Assembly: GCA_963767585.1 (NCBI GenBank)
Contig: CAVYEB010000002.1
Span: forward strand, 2,080,865-2,144,864
Length of the DNA: 64,000 bases
DNA from: an uncultured delta proteobacterium
GTDB lineage: Bacteria > Desulfobacterota > Syntrophobacteria > Syntrophobacterales > Syntrophobacteraceae
Direction: 5' to 3'
Below are positions 36,475-46,137 of the stretch, in pieces. A program made the position numbers and the translations under genes. Position 1 is the first letter of the stretch; every line of letters starts with the position of its first letter. The notes beneath the pieces were generated by a model. That model saw nothing but the letters and a program-made list of their open reading frames with translations. It did not search any database and had not been told where the DNA came from.

Positions 36475-37047
36475 TCAGCCCTCCGGTCCCATCCAGGGCT
36501 GTGTCAGGTTATGTTCGATCCCGAGCTGATCCAGGATTCTGGCGACCACAAAGTCAATCATGTCTGAAATGCTGCAGGGTTTGTGATAAAAACCGGGCAT
36601 GGCAGGAAGGATTATCGCGCCTGCTTCCGCTGCCTTCAACATGTTTGTAAGGTGAATGCGATTCAGCGGAGTTTCGCGGGGGACTAGAATTAGGGGTCGG
36701 CGCTCCTTCATGCAGACGTCGGCCGCCCGGTGGATGAGATTTTGGGACAGCCCGGAGGCAATCGCCCCAAGGGTGCCCATCGTGCAGGGGACAATCACCA
36801 TGCCGGCGCAGGGAAACGAACCGCTCGCCAGCGCGGCCCCCATGTCAGTTTCAACGTGCGTATGGACCCCGGGTGGAAGGTCCTCAGCGAGCGCCACCCC
36901 TGTCTCCAGTTCGTATACGAGCCTTCCGGCCTCAGACGATACGAGGTGAAGGTCGTACTTGTCACCGGGAATGGAGCGGAGCAGTTTTTGGGCGTATGCG
37001 GAGCCGCTCGCGCCGGTGATTGCAATAGCCAGGTTTTGTTTTTCCAC
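36475..37047 (-). CDS. ubiX: UbiX-type flavin prenyltransferase (probably the futalosine-pathway paralogue)
   Basis: IAITGASGSAYAQKLL...VPCTMGTLGAIA...RPLILVPRETPL. Confidence 0.85.
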   Translation of the reverse strand: MEKQNLAIAITGASGSAYAQKLLRSIPGDKYDLHLVSSEAGRLVYELETGVALAEDLPPGVHTHVETDMGAALASGSFPCAGMVIVPCTMGTLGAIASGLSQNLIHRAADVCMKERRPLILVPRETPLNRIHLTNMLKAAEAGAIILPAMPGFYHKPCSISDMIDFVVARILDQLGIEHNLTQPWMGPEG

Positions 37048-37081
37048 TGTTCACTGCTCACTGTTCGCGGTTCACTGCACC
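37044..37081 (-). repeat. GTGAAC-word array between mqnA and ubiX, containing the ubiX GTG start
   Basis: The minus strand reads GGTGCAGTGAACCGCGAACAGTGAGCAGTGAACAGTGGAAAAA. Confidence 0.9.
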
Positions 37082-37942
37082 TTAAGCAACGAAAGCAAGG
37101 GGCGTGTAGGTTTCCAAACGGGGTACCTCTTTGAGTTCACCTGCCTGGAAAAGAGATGAGTAGAACAGCTCGAGTCCCTTGCGCTCCCGCTCATTTAAAT
37201 CAAATCTCAGGCAACTGTAATACTCCTCGAGCTCCGGGACTTCCAGCAGCCCTGTCCTGGCTGCCTGCCTGCAAATTATGCCAATATTGGCGCGGCCCCA
37301 TCTTTTCGATGAAATCAGGGCATCCATCGCATCCTGAAGCAGGCCGGATTTTTCAGTAACCGTCTCCTTGCGCACTACCCAGACGGCAAAAACGAACGGG
37401 AGCCCGGTCCATTCAAACCATGCTGTCCCAAGGTCAAGGACGTATGGGAAATGACCGCTTCGGCCGAGCCGCAAGGCTTCGTCTCCAATTGTAAGGCAAG
37501 CATCCGGAAGCACGGGTCCCGCCGCATAATTCGAGCAAACTCCGGTTTTGAACCGCAAATCCACTCCGTACCGCAATTTGCACAGGACTTTCAGAAGCCC
37601 GACCGAGGTATGCGAATTCGAACTGGCCAGAACGGTCTTTCCGGAGAGCTGCTCAATGGGCGCCCGGCTCAGTAGAAGCACACTCTTTACCTCGCCTGTG
37701 GAGCTGATGGAGAGGTCCGGCACGATGTAATAGAGGCCTGCCCGCCGAGCGTATTCGATTGATGAGACAGGGCTTATGTCCAAACTCCCGGCCGCACAAA
37801 GCTCGTTCAACTCGGAAGGCACTCCGGAAACGATTTCGAAAGGATTGGATACTATGCCCGCTTCCAACGGATAATAGATGGGAAGTACGTTCAGAAAATC
37901 GATCCTGCCGAGCCTCAGTTTTGACAATTCACCCATTTCCAT
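37082..37942 (-). CDS. mqnA: chorismate dehydratase MqnA (futalosine pathway)
   Basis: LRLGRIDFLNVLPIYYPL N-terminus and a periplasmic-binding-protein-like fold. Confidence 0.75.
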   Translation of the reverse strand: MEMGELSKLRLGRIDFLNVLPIYYPLEAGIVSNPFEIVSGVPSELNELCAAGSLDISPVSSIEYARRAGLYYIVPDLSISSTGEVKSVLLLSRAPIEQLSGKTVLASSNSHTSVGLLKVLCKLRYGVDLRFKTGVCSNYAAGPVLPDACLTIGDEALRLGRSGHFPYVLDLGTAWFEWTGLPFVFAVWVVRKETVTEKSGLLQDAMDALISSKRWGRANIGIICRQAARTGLLEVPELEEYYSCLRFDLNERERKGLELFYSSLFQAGELKEVPRLETYTPLAFVA

Positions 37943-39252
37943 GCCCCTCCTTTCCCTGATTGAATAAGAGCTTCCGCCATGTTCGATTCTTTGACATCAT
38001 GTCCGATTTCAATTGCCAGTATATGGGCTTTCCTGCCGGGTTCGATGCTGCCGTAATCGCTTTGGCGCCCGAGCGATCGGGCTGGATTGGCCGTGATCAT
38101 CTCCAGCACTCGTTTAGGGTCGATCGAGGGGTGCTCATCAAGAGTGAATCCAGCTTCGGAGAAAAGATTCAGGTCCGTATTGCTGGCAAGGCTGTCGGTT
38201 CCGAGGGCGCAACTCATGCCCAGTGAAATAGCTTTTTCGATCCATGGGCGTCCCGAACCCAAGTTCCGGTTGCTCCTGGGGCAGAAAACCACTTTGCATT
38301 GTCTTTTCGCTGCAAGCGCCCAATCCGCTTCGGTCATATGCACGGCGTGCACAAGGAGCGTGCGGAAATCAAGCGCGCCCAGGCCGTCGAGGTATTCGGC
38401 AGGGGTCTTGCCGGGAGGCTTCCAAGACCGGTCCCAGCGACCCACCCTGTGGAGTAGTTCGCGGCAAAATCCGGTCCCGCTCCTGAGAAACTCGATTTCA
38501 TCCAAATGTTCGGCCACGTGTATGGAGAAAGGCAGCCGGCGGGCCCGTGTCCATTCTTTGGACTCGGATATGATTGCGGGGGAAACCGAATAGGCCGAGT
38601 GGGGGACCGGGATGGCGGTAGGACCGTACGCCGGGTTTACCGTTGCGGTCTCATGAGTGCTCAGCCAGGGCGGCATAGCGGCCGCAATCGAGTTGAGATT
38701 GAAGCCCAGCAACTCAAGGAAGACCAGTCGTTCGGAAGCCGCAAAGCTGTCGCAGCTTTCACCAAAGCCTGCCTGGGAGGCTGATCGTAGAGCTGGATCG
38801 GCGAGATTGGCAGGCGGTCCAGGTTCCCGGGCAGCACTCCCGTTGGTTATGTCTGCACAAAGGGCCGTCCCGCAGCTTATAAGCTCCGCCATACCAATCC
38901 TGAGGCTTTCATCGATGCAGGTCGGGGGGGCTGGAGTTGGGCGTGCTGCAAGAAGAAATTCGATCCATTCGCGGAAACCTGGTTGCGGAAAGGGTATTTT
39001 GTCTCTAAGGGCGGAAAGTTCCAGATGCGTATGAGCGTTGACCAGTGCAGGAAAAAGTGCGGTTTGGCCGTGGTCCACCAACCTGGCGCCGGCTGGAGAG
39101 TTCCTCCGCATCGAGGTATAGGGTCCCACGTCGACAACCCGGCCTGCGTGGGTCAGCACAGCGCCATTGCAAAGGGGCGGGGTGGAAACCGGCACAACCC
39201 ATTCGGCCCGGTGAATCTCGGGAGGTCCAGGGACTCGCGAAAGTTCTTTCAT
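37915..39252 (-). CDS. amidohydrolase family protein, candidate aminofutalosine deaminase
   Basis: LVNAHTHLELS metal-binding motif, and a position inside the mqn operon. Confidence 0.6.
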   Translation of the reverse strand: MKELSRVPGPPEIHRAEWVVPVSTPPLCNGAVLTHAGRVVDVGPYTSMRRNSPAGARLVDHGQTALFPALVNAHTHLELSALRDKIPFPQPGFREWIEFLLAARPTPAPPTCIDESLRIGMAELISCGTALCADITNGSAAREPGPPANLADPALRSASQAGFGESCDSFAASERLVFLELLGFNLNSIAAAMPPWLSTHETATVNPAYGPTAIPVPHSAYSVSPAIISESKEWTRARRLPFSIHVAEHLDEIEFLRSGTGFCRELLHRVGRWDRSWKPPGKTPAEYLDGLGALDFRTLLVHAVHMTEADWALAAKRQCKVVFCPRSNRNLGSGRPWIEKAISLGMSCALGTDSLASNTDLNLFSEAGFTLDEHPSIDPKRVLEMITANPARSLGRQSDYGSIEPGRKAHILAIEIGHDVKESNMAEALIQSGKGGAWKWVNCQN

Positions 39253-40277
39253 ACCAACTCGTAAGCCATCGTGCGCCGTCGAGGCTCGAAACCGGCGGAT
39301 CGGATTATCCGGCAGATCTCTTCAGCCGAAAGGCAGAAATGTACCCCCGCTGCGGCGACCACGTTTTCCTCGATCATCGTGGACCCGAAGTCGTTCGCCC
39401 CGAAAAAGAGGGACAATTGAGCCACTTTCGGCCCCATCGTCACCCAGGACGACTGAACGTTGTCAAAGTTGTCCAAAACGAGCCGGGAGATTGCCAGGAG
39501 CCGCAGATAGGAGACTGCGGTTTCAGGTTCCCGAGGTATGGCGGTATTTTGAGGCTGGAAGGCCCATGGAATGAAAGCTGTAAAACCTCCTGTGCGATCT
39601 TGAAGATCGCGAAGCGCGAAAAGATGCTGAAGCCTTTCCCCCGGCGTCTCCTCATGGCCGAACATCATGGTGGCGGTAGTCCGCAGACCCTGAGCATGCG
39701 CCTCCTCCATGACGGCCAGCCATTCGGTAGCCGAACATTTGCGGGGCGACACACGCCGCCTGACCGAGTCGACCAGAATTTCCGCGCCCCCGCCGGGGAT
39801 CGAATCCAACCCCGCTGCTCTGAGCCGCGAGATCACCTCGCCTATGGCGATCCCTTCCAGTTGGCTGAAAAAGACGATTTCCGGAGGCGAGAAGGCATGC
39901 ATGTGAATCGGGTACTTTGACTTTATGAAGCTCAGCATCTCTTCGTAAAAGGAAAGCGGCAGATCGGGGTGGTACCCTCCCTGCAGTAGAATCTGCGTGC
40001 CGCCAAGTTCCAGGGTCTCCTCGATTTTCCGGGAAAGTTCCTCCCTGCTGAGGACAAAAGATTCTTCGTGGCCAGGAGGCCGGAAATAAGCGCAAAAACG
40101 GCAGCCGCACACACAAACATTGGAGTAATTGATGTTTCGGTCAACAATATAAGTAACTATAGGTTGGGTATGCTTTTCCGTGCGCACCTGGTGGGCCATT
40201 CTGCCCAGCGTGTGAAAATCCGCGTTCTGGTAAAGCCCCAGGGCCTGATCGAAATTTAGCCTGCCATTTTCAATCAT
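39249..40277 (-). CDS. mqnC: cyclic dehypoxanthinyl futalosine synthase (MqnC-type radical SAM)
   Basis: VTYIVDRNINYSNVCVCGCRFCAYFR. The C versus E assignment is from the recalled N-terminal pattern. Confidence 0.65.
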   Translation of the reverse strand: MIENGRLNFDQALGLYQNADFHTLGRMAHQVRTEKHTQPIVTYIVDRNINYSNVCVCGCRFCAYFRPPGHEESFVLSREELSRKIEETLELGGTQILLQGGYHPDLPLSFYEEMLSFIKSKYPIHMHAFSPPEIVFFSQLEGIAIGEVISRLRAAGLDSIPGGGAEILVDSVRRRVSPRKCSATEWLAVMEEAHAQGLRTTATMMFGHEETPGERLQHLFALRDLQDRTGGFTAFIPWAFQPQNTAIPREPETAVSYLRLLAISRLVLDNFDNVQSSWVTMGPKVAQLSLFFGANDFGSTMIEENVVAAAGVHFCLSAEEICRIIRSAGFEPRRRTMAYELV

Positions 40278-41397
40278 GAGTCAATTCCTTATGCCGACAT
40301 CCGGCATCCGGCTTTCGTCTAAACAGGCTGTCCCTTTCCACAGGTTCGAGGCCCGCTTCCCGGATGATCCACTCTATCTCTTCCCGGGTCATTTCCTGTT
40401 TGGACTCAGCCCCCGCCATGTGCCCTATCTTCTCTTCGACAACCGTGCCGTCAAAGTCATCGGCTCCGAAATAAAGAGCTGTCTGTGCAAGCTTAACCGT
40501 AAGCATCACCCAATAGGCTTTTATATGTGCAATGTTGTCGAGCATCAGCCGGCTGACGGCAATCGTTTTCAGATCGTCGACCCCGGTGGTAGGCGGAAGA
40601 TGGCTCAGGCCGTTGTTTGCCGGCTGGAACGTGAGGGGAATAAAACAGACGAACCCGCCTGTGTGGTCTTGAAGCTCGCGAAGCGCCGCCATGTGCTCGA
40701 CCCGTTCTCTTACGGTCTCAATATGCCCGTAGAGCATCGTAGCATTGGTCTTTATTCCCATTTCATGCGCCTGTCGCATTACATCCAGCCACCCTTTCGC
40801 GTCCAGTTTCTCAGGGCAAAGGGCCTCTCTTACGCGCGCACTGAAGACCTCGGCCCCGCCGCCTGGAAGCATTTGAAGCCCGGCCGATTTCAGGCGGGCA
40901 AGAACATGTTCGACGGATGTACCCTCGTTTTTTGCAAAATGGGCGATTTCAATGGCTGTAAACGCTTTGATAAAGGCGTTCGGTTTTATTTCACGGATTC
41001 TTCGAAGCAGGTTCTCAAAAAATGACAGAGGCAAGTCCGGATGGCAGCCCCCCACTACGTGTATCTCGGTAAGATTGTTTCCGTTAGAGCGGATTTTATC
41101 GAGGATTTCCTCCTCGGAGAGTTCAAACGACAGCGGGTCGCCTTTTTTTCTGCTGAAGGCGCAGAAACGGCAGCCGTTCACGCAAATGTTCGAATAGTTT
41201 ATATGCCGGTTTACGACATAGTAGGCGGCGTTTCCGTGGAGCTTCGTCCTGGCCTGATGGGCGAGCGAGCCGACGGCGTTCAGGTCCGGGCAGGCGAAAA
41301 GCCTCTCACCCTCTGAAATAGTGAGCCTTTCACCCGCCTTGACTTTGTGAGCAATCTCTTCCAGGCCGAGTTTCTTATAATATTCAAGTTCGAACAT
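40270..41397 (-). CDS. mqnE: aminofutalosine synthase (MqnE-type radical SAM)
   Basis: AAYYVVNRHINYSNICVNGCRFCAFSR. Start trimmed to MFELEYYKK after GAGGAA. Confidence 0.65.
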   Translation of the reverse strand: MFELEYYKKLGLEEIAHKVKAGERLTISEGERLFACPDLNAVGSLAHQARTKLHGNAAYYVVNRHINYSNICVNGCRFCAFSRKKGDPLSFELSEEEILDKIRSNGNNLTEIHVVGGCHPDLPLSFFENLLRRIREIKPNAFIKAFTAIEIAHFAKNEGTSVEHVLARLKSAGLQMLPGGGAEVFSARVREALCPEKLDAKGWLDVMRQAHEMGIKTNATMLYGHIETVRERVEHMAALRELQDHTGGFVCFIPLTFQPANNGLSHLPPTTGVDDLKTIAVSRLMLDNIAHIKAYWVMLTVKLAQTALYFGADDFDGTVVEEKIGHMAGAESKQEMTREEIEWIIREAGLEPVERDSLFRRKPDAGCRHKELTHD

Positions 41398-41414
41398 ATT
41401 TCCGTTCCTCATAT

Positions 41415-42128
41415 TCAACGCTGTGCGAGGCATTTAATGTCTCGCAGGGCCTGTTCTTTTTCCGTGTCCGGCGAACTACCGCGTGATGGGGCGCCCATCC
41501 CGATCCCGAGCAGCTTTATAAACTCATCCACCTTGCGCTCCAGTTCATCCCTTGGGACCTGATAAATGCCGGTCCCCGCATCCAGGAAGGGGACGCAGTA
41601 GGCTTGGAGGAACCGGTCCATCAACGCGTCCAGCATGAAAACCGCCATTTCGACGTCCGTATCGACCCTCAGATCGCCTCCGGCGATCCCCGCCTCTACC
41701 ACCGGACGAAGGTATTCCGCAGAAAAAAGGTGCACCTGCTGCAAAAACTCCGTTCTAAGAGGGAAGTCTTCCTGGAAAATCATCTTGAGGTAGATTCTAT
41801 AGACCCTGGGATGCCGATCGATGAAACCGATTCCCGCAAGTGTGCTCTTTCTTATTCGCTCGAAAAAGTCCGCCCCCGAAGTCTCTTTTTTCACCTGCCG
41901 CAACGATTGCCTTACGAGTTCAACGGCATAATTGAAAATAACCTTGAAAAGGCCTTCCTTGCTGCCGAAATACTGAAAAATAGATCCCTTGGCTATTCCG
42001 ATCTGCTCTACCATGCGATTGACGCTCGCCTGCCGGAACCCGTGACGCGAAAACTCATCCACCGCCGCATCCAGGATCTTGGTTTTCTTGGCTTCGTCAA
42101 GCTTGTCGAAAGTATTGCGCGGAAACAT
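41415..42128 (-). CDS. TetR/AcrR family transcriptional regulator, first gene of the mqn operon
   Basis: ILDAAVDEFSRHGFRQASVNRMVEQIGIAKGSIFQYF helix-turn-helix. Confidence 0.85.
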   Translation of the reverse strand: MFPRNTFDKLDEAKKTKILDAAVDEFSRHGFRQASVNRMVEQIGIAKGSIFQYFGSKEGLFKVIFNYAVELVRQSLRQVKKETSGADFFERIRKSTLAGIGFIDRHPRVYRIYLKMIFQEDFPLRTEFLQQVHLFSAEYLRPVVEAGIAGGDLRVDTDVEMAVFMLDALMDRFLQAYCVPFLDAGTGIYQVPRDELERKVDEFIKLLGIGMGAPSRGSSPDTEKEQALRDIKCLAQR

Positions 42129-42152
42129 AGAGCGATCCTCCAGGACAAAAAA

Positions 42153-42166
42153 TGACCACCTGGTCA
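42153..42166. promoter_or_regulatory. palindromic operator candidate TGACCA-CC-TGGTCA
   Basis: Perfect 6+6 inverted repeat, 25 nt upstream of the tetR ATG. Confidence 0.45.
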
Positions 42167-42208
42167 CATAATTATAGGTTCCGGAAATGTTTTGTCAAAC
42201 TGTTAAAG

Positions 42209-42222
42209 TGACCGTGTGGTCA
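42209..42222. promoter_or_regulatory. palindromic operator candidate TGACC-GTGT-GGTCA
   Basis: Second copy of the same half-sites, 56 bp from the first. Confidence 0.45.
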
Positions 42223-42267
42223 TTTTTGAAATGACGGATCAGTTGGGCTAAAGGCGGGATAAACTTA

Positions 42268-42477
42268 TTATTCGGATCGCTCGAAGAACACGTATTCGCG
42301 GCTGCATTCGGGGCACTTCATAGTAACCTTGTCATTGCCTTCAACGTGGATGCTGATCCTCGTTCCGCAGATATCGCATCTCCTGCACAGCAGCAATCCT
42401 CGGAACCAGGTGGGAGTTTTGCCATGCTCGTCCAGAAGCGGTGCGCCCTCGTCGTCTTTACTTTCCGGAGAACGCAT
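42268..42477 (-). CDS. small zinc-ribbon protein (start uncertain)
   Basis: CRRCDICG...KCPECS double CxxC. Confidence 0.4.
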   Translation of the reverse strand: MRSPESKDDEGAPLLDEHGKTPTWFRGLLLCRRCDICGTRISIHVEGNDKVTMKCPECSREYVFFERSE

Positions 42478-42766
42478 CTTAAAGGAAACTGCATCCCGTT
42501 TACCGGTCAAACCCTTTTGCCCCTTTACTGAAATGAAATCAGTTGCTTTATGGCCCAAAACCGGGAAGAAGTAAAGAGAAAGCTGCCGCGGATTCAGGCG
42601 GACCACGTACAGTCAATGGACCATTTAAGGTTTAAATTAAAGACGTGAGGAATTTCATTTTAGTTGACGCGGCAGCGCCGAAATCTGAGAACCAAGGCTG
42701 AGGACTGAGTGCTGAAGGTAGAAGATCAGGATTCAGCGCCGGGGTGACGAGGAGGAATGAAACCAG

Positions 42767-43342
42767 GTGCAGCTACAGTTTAAACCTACCAGGGAGCAGG
42801 TCCGGGCAGCCAGGGGCAAAACGATCCCAGACGTAATCGCGCCGGGGCTGAAGGTGCTCTTTTGCGGAATAAATCCAGGCTTGTTCACGGCAGCGGTAGG
42901 GCATCACTTTGCAAGACCCGGCAATCGTTTCTGGCCGGCGCTTCACCATGCAGGCTTCACCCCGAGGCAACTTTCCCCCTTTGAGGAAGAAGAACTTCTC
43001 AACTACGGATATGGGGTTGCGAATATCGTGAGATATGCTACCGCCCGGGCCGACGAACTCACGACCGAAGAACTGATCGAGGGTGGAAATGTCCTCACAG
43101 AGAAACTGAGAACTTTCAAGCCCTGTTTTTGCGCGATCCTGGGACTGGGGGCCTTCCGGCAGGCATTCAGGCATCCCAGGGCCATGCCGGGGCTTCATCC
43201 GGAAAAACTCGGCGGTATATGTTCCGCCTGGGTATTGCCTAACCCAAGCGGTCTCAACGCAAACTACCAGATGGACGACCTCGTGCGCATGCTGAAAGAA
43301 CTAAAGGCGGCAGTTGATGAAGAATGCAGGCATGAGAGGTGA
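42767..43342 (+). CDS. mug: G/U mismatch-specific uracil-DNA glycosylase
   Basis: KVLFCGINPGLFTAAVGHHFARPGNRFW and LPNPSGLN motifs. Confidence 0.85.
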   Translation: MQLQFKPTREQVRAARGKTIPDVIAPGLKVLFCGINPGLFTAAVGHHFARPGNRFWPALHHAGFTPRQLSPFEEEELLNYGYGVANIVRYATARADELTTEELIEGGNVLTEKLRTFKPCFCAILGLGAFRQAFRHPRAMPGLHPEKLGGICSAWVLPNPSGLNANYQMDDLVRMLKELKAAVDEECRHER

Positions 43343-43349
43343 GATCTCA

Positions 43350-44765
43350 TTAGTGAACCAATGGCTCGGGCGGCTTGTGGCCGCTCATCACGGCGCCTGC
43401 GTCAGGGGTTAATCTTCTTAATGGAAATATGGAAAGTATCGCGATGACCCCGATGATAGCAAAGGCCGGCCAGAAATCATCGGCCTTCAAAGAAGTCTGG
43501 TGATGCCAGTTGAGCGTGAGGCTGAGCAAAAGGGCCCCCGTTCCCACGCCCAGACTCAAAAACAATTGTTGCAACGTACTGAACAATGTCGTGGCGCGGC
43601 TCATCGACACGCTGGGAACGTCGGCAAACACGAGAGTGTTAAACCCCATGAACTGTAGCGAACGGAAGAAGCTGCCGACCAGCAAAACCGCCACGATCAC
43701 GATATGCGATGTGTTCGGACGAAATAGACCGCAAGCGCTTATGGAGACTGCACAAATGAATGCATTCCAGATCAGCATACGACGAAAACCCAGACTGCCG
43801 ATTATAAACCGGGCAAACATCTTGACAAGAAGGGCGCCAATGGCAAGAGAAACGGTCAAAAATCCTGACATCAGCGGGCTCAGGCCAAAGCCGATTTGAA
43901 GCATGAGCGGCAACAAAAAAGGCATGGCGCCGATTCCGATGCGAAACAAAGAGCCGGCTTCAATACAGGCGCGAAAAGTTGATAGCCGGAACAGGCTCAG
44001 GTCGACAATGGGCGAAGGCGCACGCCGCGCGTGCATGAGATAAAGTGCAAAGCAAAGAAGGCCTCCGATCAGGAGTGTAGCAATCGCTCCTTTTGTCAAC
44101 ATGCCCCGGCCTACGGTCTCAAAACTGGCTACCAGGCCGGCCAGGGCTGCGGCCATCAGAAGGAACCCGCGAACATCCAGCGGCCCGACCTTTTCCTCGC
44201 GAATATTGTCGATGAACAGGGTGACCAAAATTATGCCCAGAAGCCCGATCGGCAGATTGATGAAAAATATCCACCGCCATGAAAAATACGTAACGATCAC
44301 GCCTCCCACCGGGGGCCCCACAACCGGCCCGAGCATTGCTGGCGTCGTCAACCAGGTCATGGCGGTCACCAATTTATGTTTGGGGACCATCTTCAGCACC
44401 ACAAGCCGTCCGACAGGCATCATCATAGCGCCGCCCAGTCCCTGTACCAGACGCGCACATACAAGTTGCAAAAGGCTTTGCGACAATCCGCAAAGTGCCG
44501 ATGCCAACGTGAAAATAACGATAGCGGCTCGGAACACCGTGCGCGCGCCAAATCGATCTGCCGCCCAACCGCTGAGTGGGATGAACAGCGCAAGGCTGAA
44601 TAGATAGCCCGTAATGGCGAGATTAAGGTGAATAGGGTCCGTGTGCAATGACCGTGCGATGACCGGCAGGGCCGTCGCGATGATCGACCCGTCAAGAAGT
44701 TCCATGAAAAGAGCGCTGGCGACGATAAGGGAAACGAGCGAGGTGCGCGGCAATAGGGAAGACAT
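43350..44765 (-). CDS. MFS transporter, 14-TM DHA2/EmrB-like
   Basis: Start trimmed to MSSLLPRTSLVSL. GWAADRFGAR motif. About 14 predicted helices. Confidence 0.8.
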   Translation of the reverse strand: MSSLLPRTSLVSLIVASALFMELLDGSIIATALPVIARSLHTDPIHLNLAITGYLFSLALFIPLSGWAADRFGARTVFRAAIVIFTLASALCGLSQSLLQLVCARLVQGLGGAMMMPVGRLVVLKMVPKHKLVTAMTWLTTPAMLGPVVGPPVGGVIVTYFSWRWIFFINLPIGLLGIILVTLFIDNIREEKVGPLDVRGFLLMAAALAGLVASFETVGRGMLTKGAIATLLIGGLLCFALYLMHARRAPSPIVDLSLFRLSTFRACIEAGSLFRIGIGAMPFLLPLMLQIGFGLSPLMSGFLTVSLAIGALLVKMFARFIIGSLGFRRMLIWNAFICAVSISACGLFRPNTSHIVIVAVLLVGSFFRSLQFMGFNTLVFADVPSVSMSRATTLFSTLQQLFLSLGVGTGALLLSLTLNWHHQTSLKADDFWPAFAIIGVIAILSIFPLRRLTPDAGAVMSGHKPPEPLVH

Positions 44766-44860
44766 ATGACTGGACCCGGGTCTGGGGGTGTTCTGACGAG
44801 ATATCGACAAGTTTTTGTGCAACTGCGATCCTTTGGCCCTTGAAGATCTCAAAAACCTTC

Positions 44861-44914
44861 TGCGAAGAAAATAGAATACGCGGATTGCGAAGAAAAATCA
44901 GTCCTATTTCGCAA
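44861..44914. promoter_or_regulatory. repeated TGCGAAGAAAA boxes plus a TTGCGAA-N16-TTCGCAA inverted repeat upstream of the MFS gene
   Basis: tgcgaagaaaat at 44861 and tgcgaagaaaaat at 44886; inverted 7-mers at 44885-44891 and 44908-44914. Confidence 0.35.
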
Positions 44915-45128
44915 CGCGCCTTTTCAGATTGTGATTTTATCAGGTCAGGAAAGGAATGTGAAAGGGATGGTGTTTAGTCAAAAAGTGATGGGGGCGCAGG
45001 AATACCCCACATAACATCCCTGCTCGCATCCCTACGGCGGAGGTACGCCTCAAGGCCTGTTTCGTTCCTTGCTTTTACGCCGCAGATCAGCAGCCTGCGC
45101 CCCTTTAACCGGCGTCTTTGGCCGGGTC

Positions 45129-45875
45129 TCACCTGTTTTCCTCCTGGTAAGGGGAATCCATTTTGTCGAACCGATCGGGGACCTTCATACAGGATGTGAA
45201 GTCCATCGCTTGTGCGCCGGTGGACGTTTCGGCCAGGCATTTCAGGACCTTGATGGTATCGGCCGGTTCAGGCCTTACGGTGTAGTCTGCGTTGACGTCG
45301 GCGGAGCGAATTATCCCCGACCGATCGATTACGAAGCGTCCAGGCATAGGCAGTGTCCAGGATTCATCTCCGTTAAACTTTTCAAGGTCAACCCCGAAGC
45401 TGAGGTAGACTTTGCGCAAATCTTCCGGGAGTTGATAAACCAGGTTGAACTTGCGTGCCACCCGATTGCCGGGATCGCTCAACAACTGCAGATTCAACCC
45501 CTTTTCGTTGGCAAACCTGCGATTGAATTCTTCGAGTTGAGGCGAAACGGCTACAAGGGACGCACCAAATGATGCCATCTCGGGAAGGGCCTTTTCAAGA
45601 GCTGCCAGCTCCAGATTGCAGTATGGTCACCATCCTCCCCTGTAAAAGCTCAAGACAACCGGGCCTCGTTCCAACAGTGAGCCAAGGCTGACGAGAGAGT
45701 CTTGTGTATCCTTAAGAGAAAAATCGGGGGCCCTGTCCCCGACTTTTAGGACCTTCTCTTTAAGGCCGGACTTTTCGAGTTCTTCGGTCGCCTGGTGCAT
45801 GATCGCCCGTTTTTCCTCAGGAATCCTTGCTTCCGACCTTGCCTTCAGCGCATTTAATTCTTCTTGAAGTGTCAT
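45129..45875 (-). CDS. peroxiredoxin-like (PRX_like2 / AhpC-TSA fold) thiol-disulfide oxidoreductase; predicted selenoprotein with UGA 45627-45629 read as Sec
   Basis: Track ORFs 45627..45917 and 45129..45578 share one frame. Hand translation across the gap gives SFYRGGW-TGA-PYCNLELAALEKALPEMASFG, where Cys forms have WCPYC. Start MTLQEEL follows GAGAGGAG. Confidence 0.8.
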
Positions 45876-45910
45876 CTCAATTCTCCTCTCACTCATAATA
45901 TATACATGAA

Positions 45911-45950
45911 AAGGCAATTTGGAGTTGGGAATGAGGAATTAGGAATTGAG
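45911..45950 (+). repeat. AATTAGGAATG-family array
   Basis: aaggcaatttggagttgggaatgaggaattaggaattgag. Confidence 0.9.
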
Positions 45951-46137
45951 ACGGCATGCCGCAGAGGCCGCAGAGATTTTGAAACGATTGAACAAAGAAG
46001 AAAATGTCAAAAGGCAAATAAATTAGGTGTGCGAATTCGTGGGCGAGACCCCGCTGCACTCCCGGGGTCTTGCCCGCGATTGGCTATCTGTTTAGGATTG
46101 TCATTCGCGCGCTTGGAGCGCTCCTACACCGGATCGA

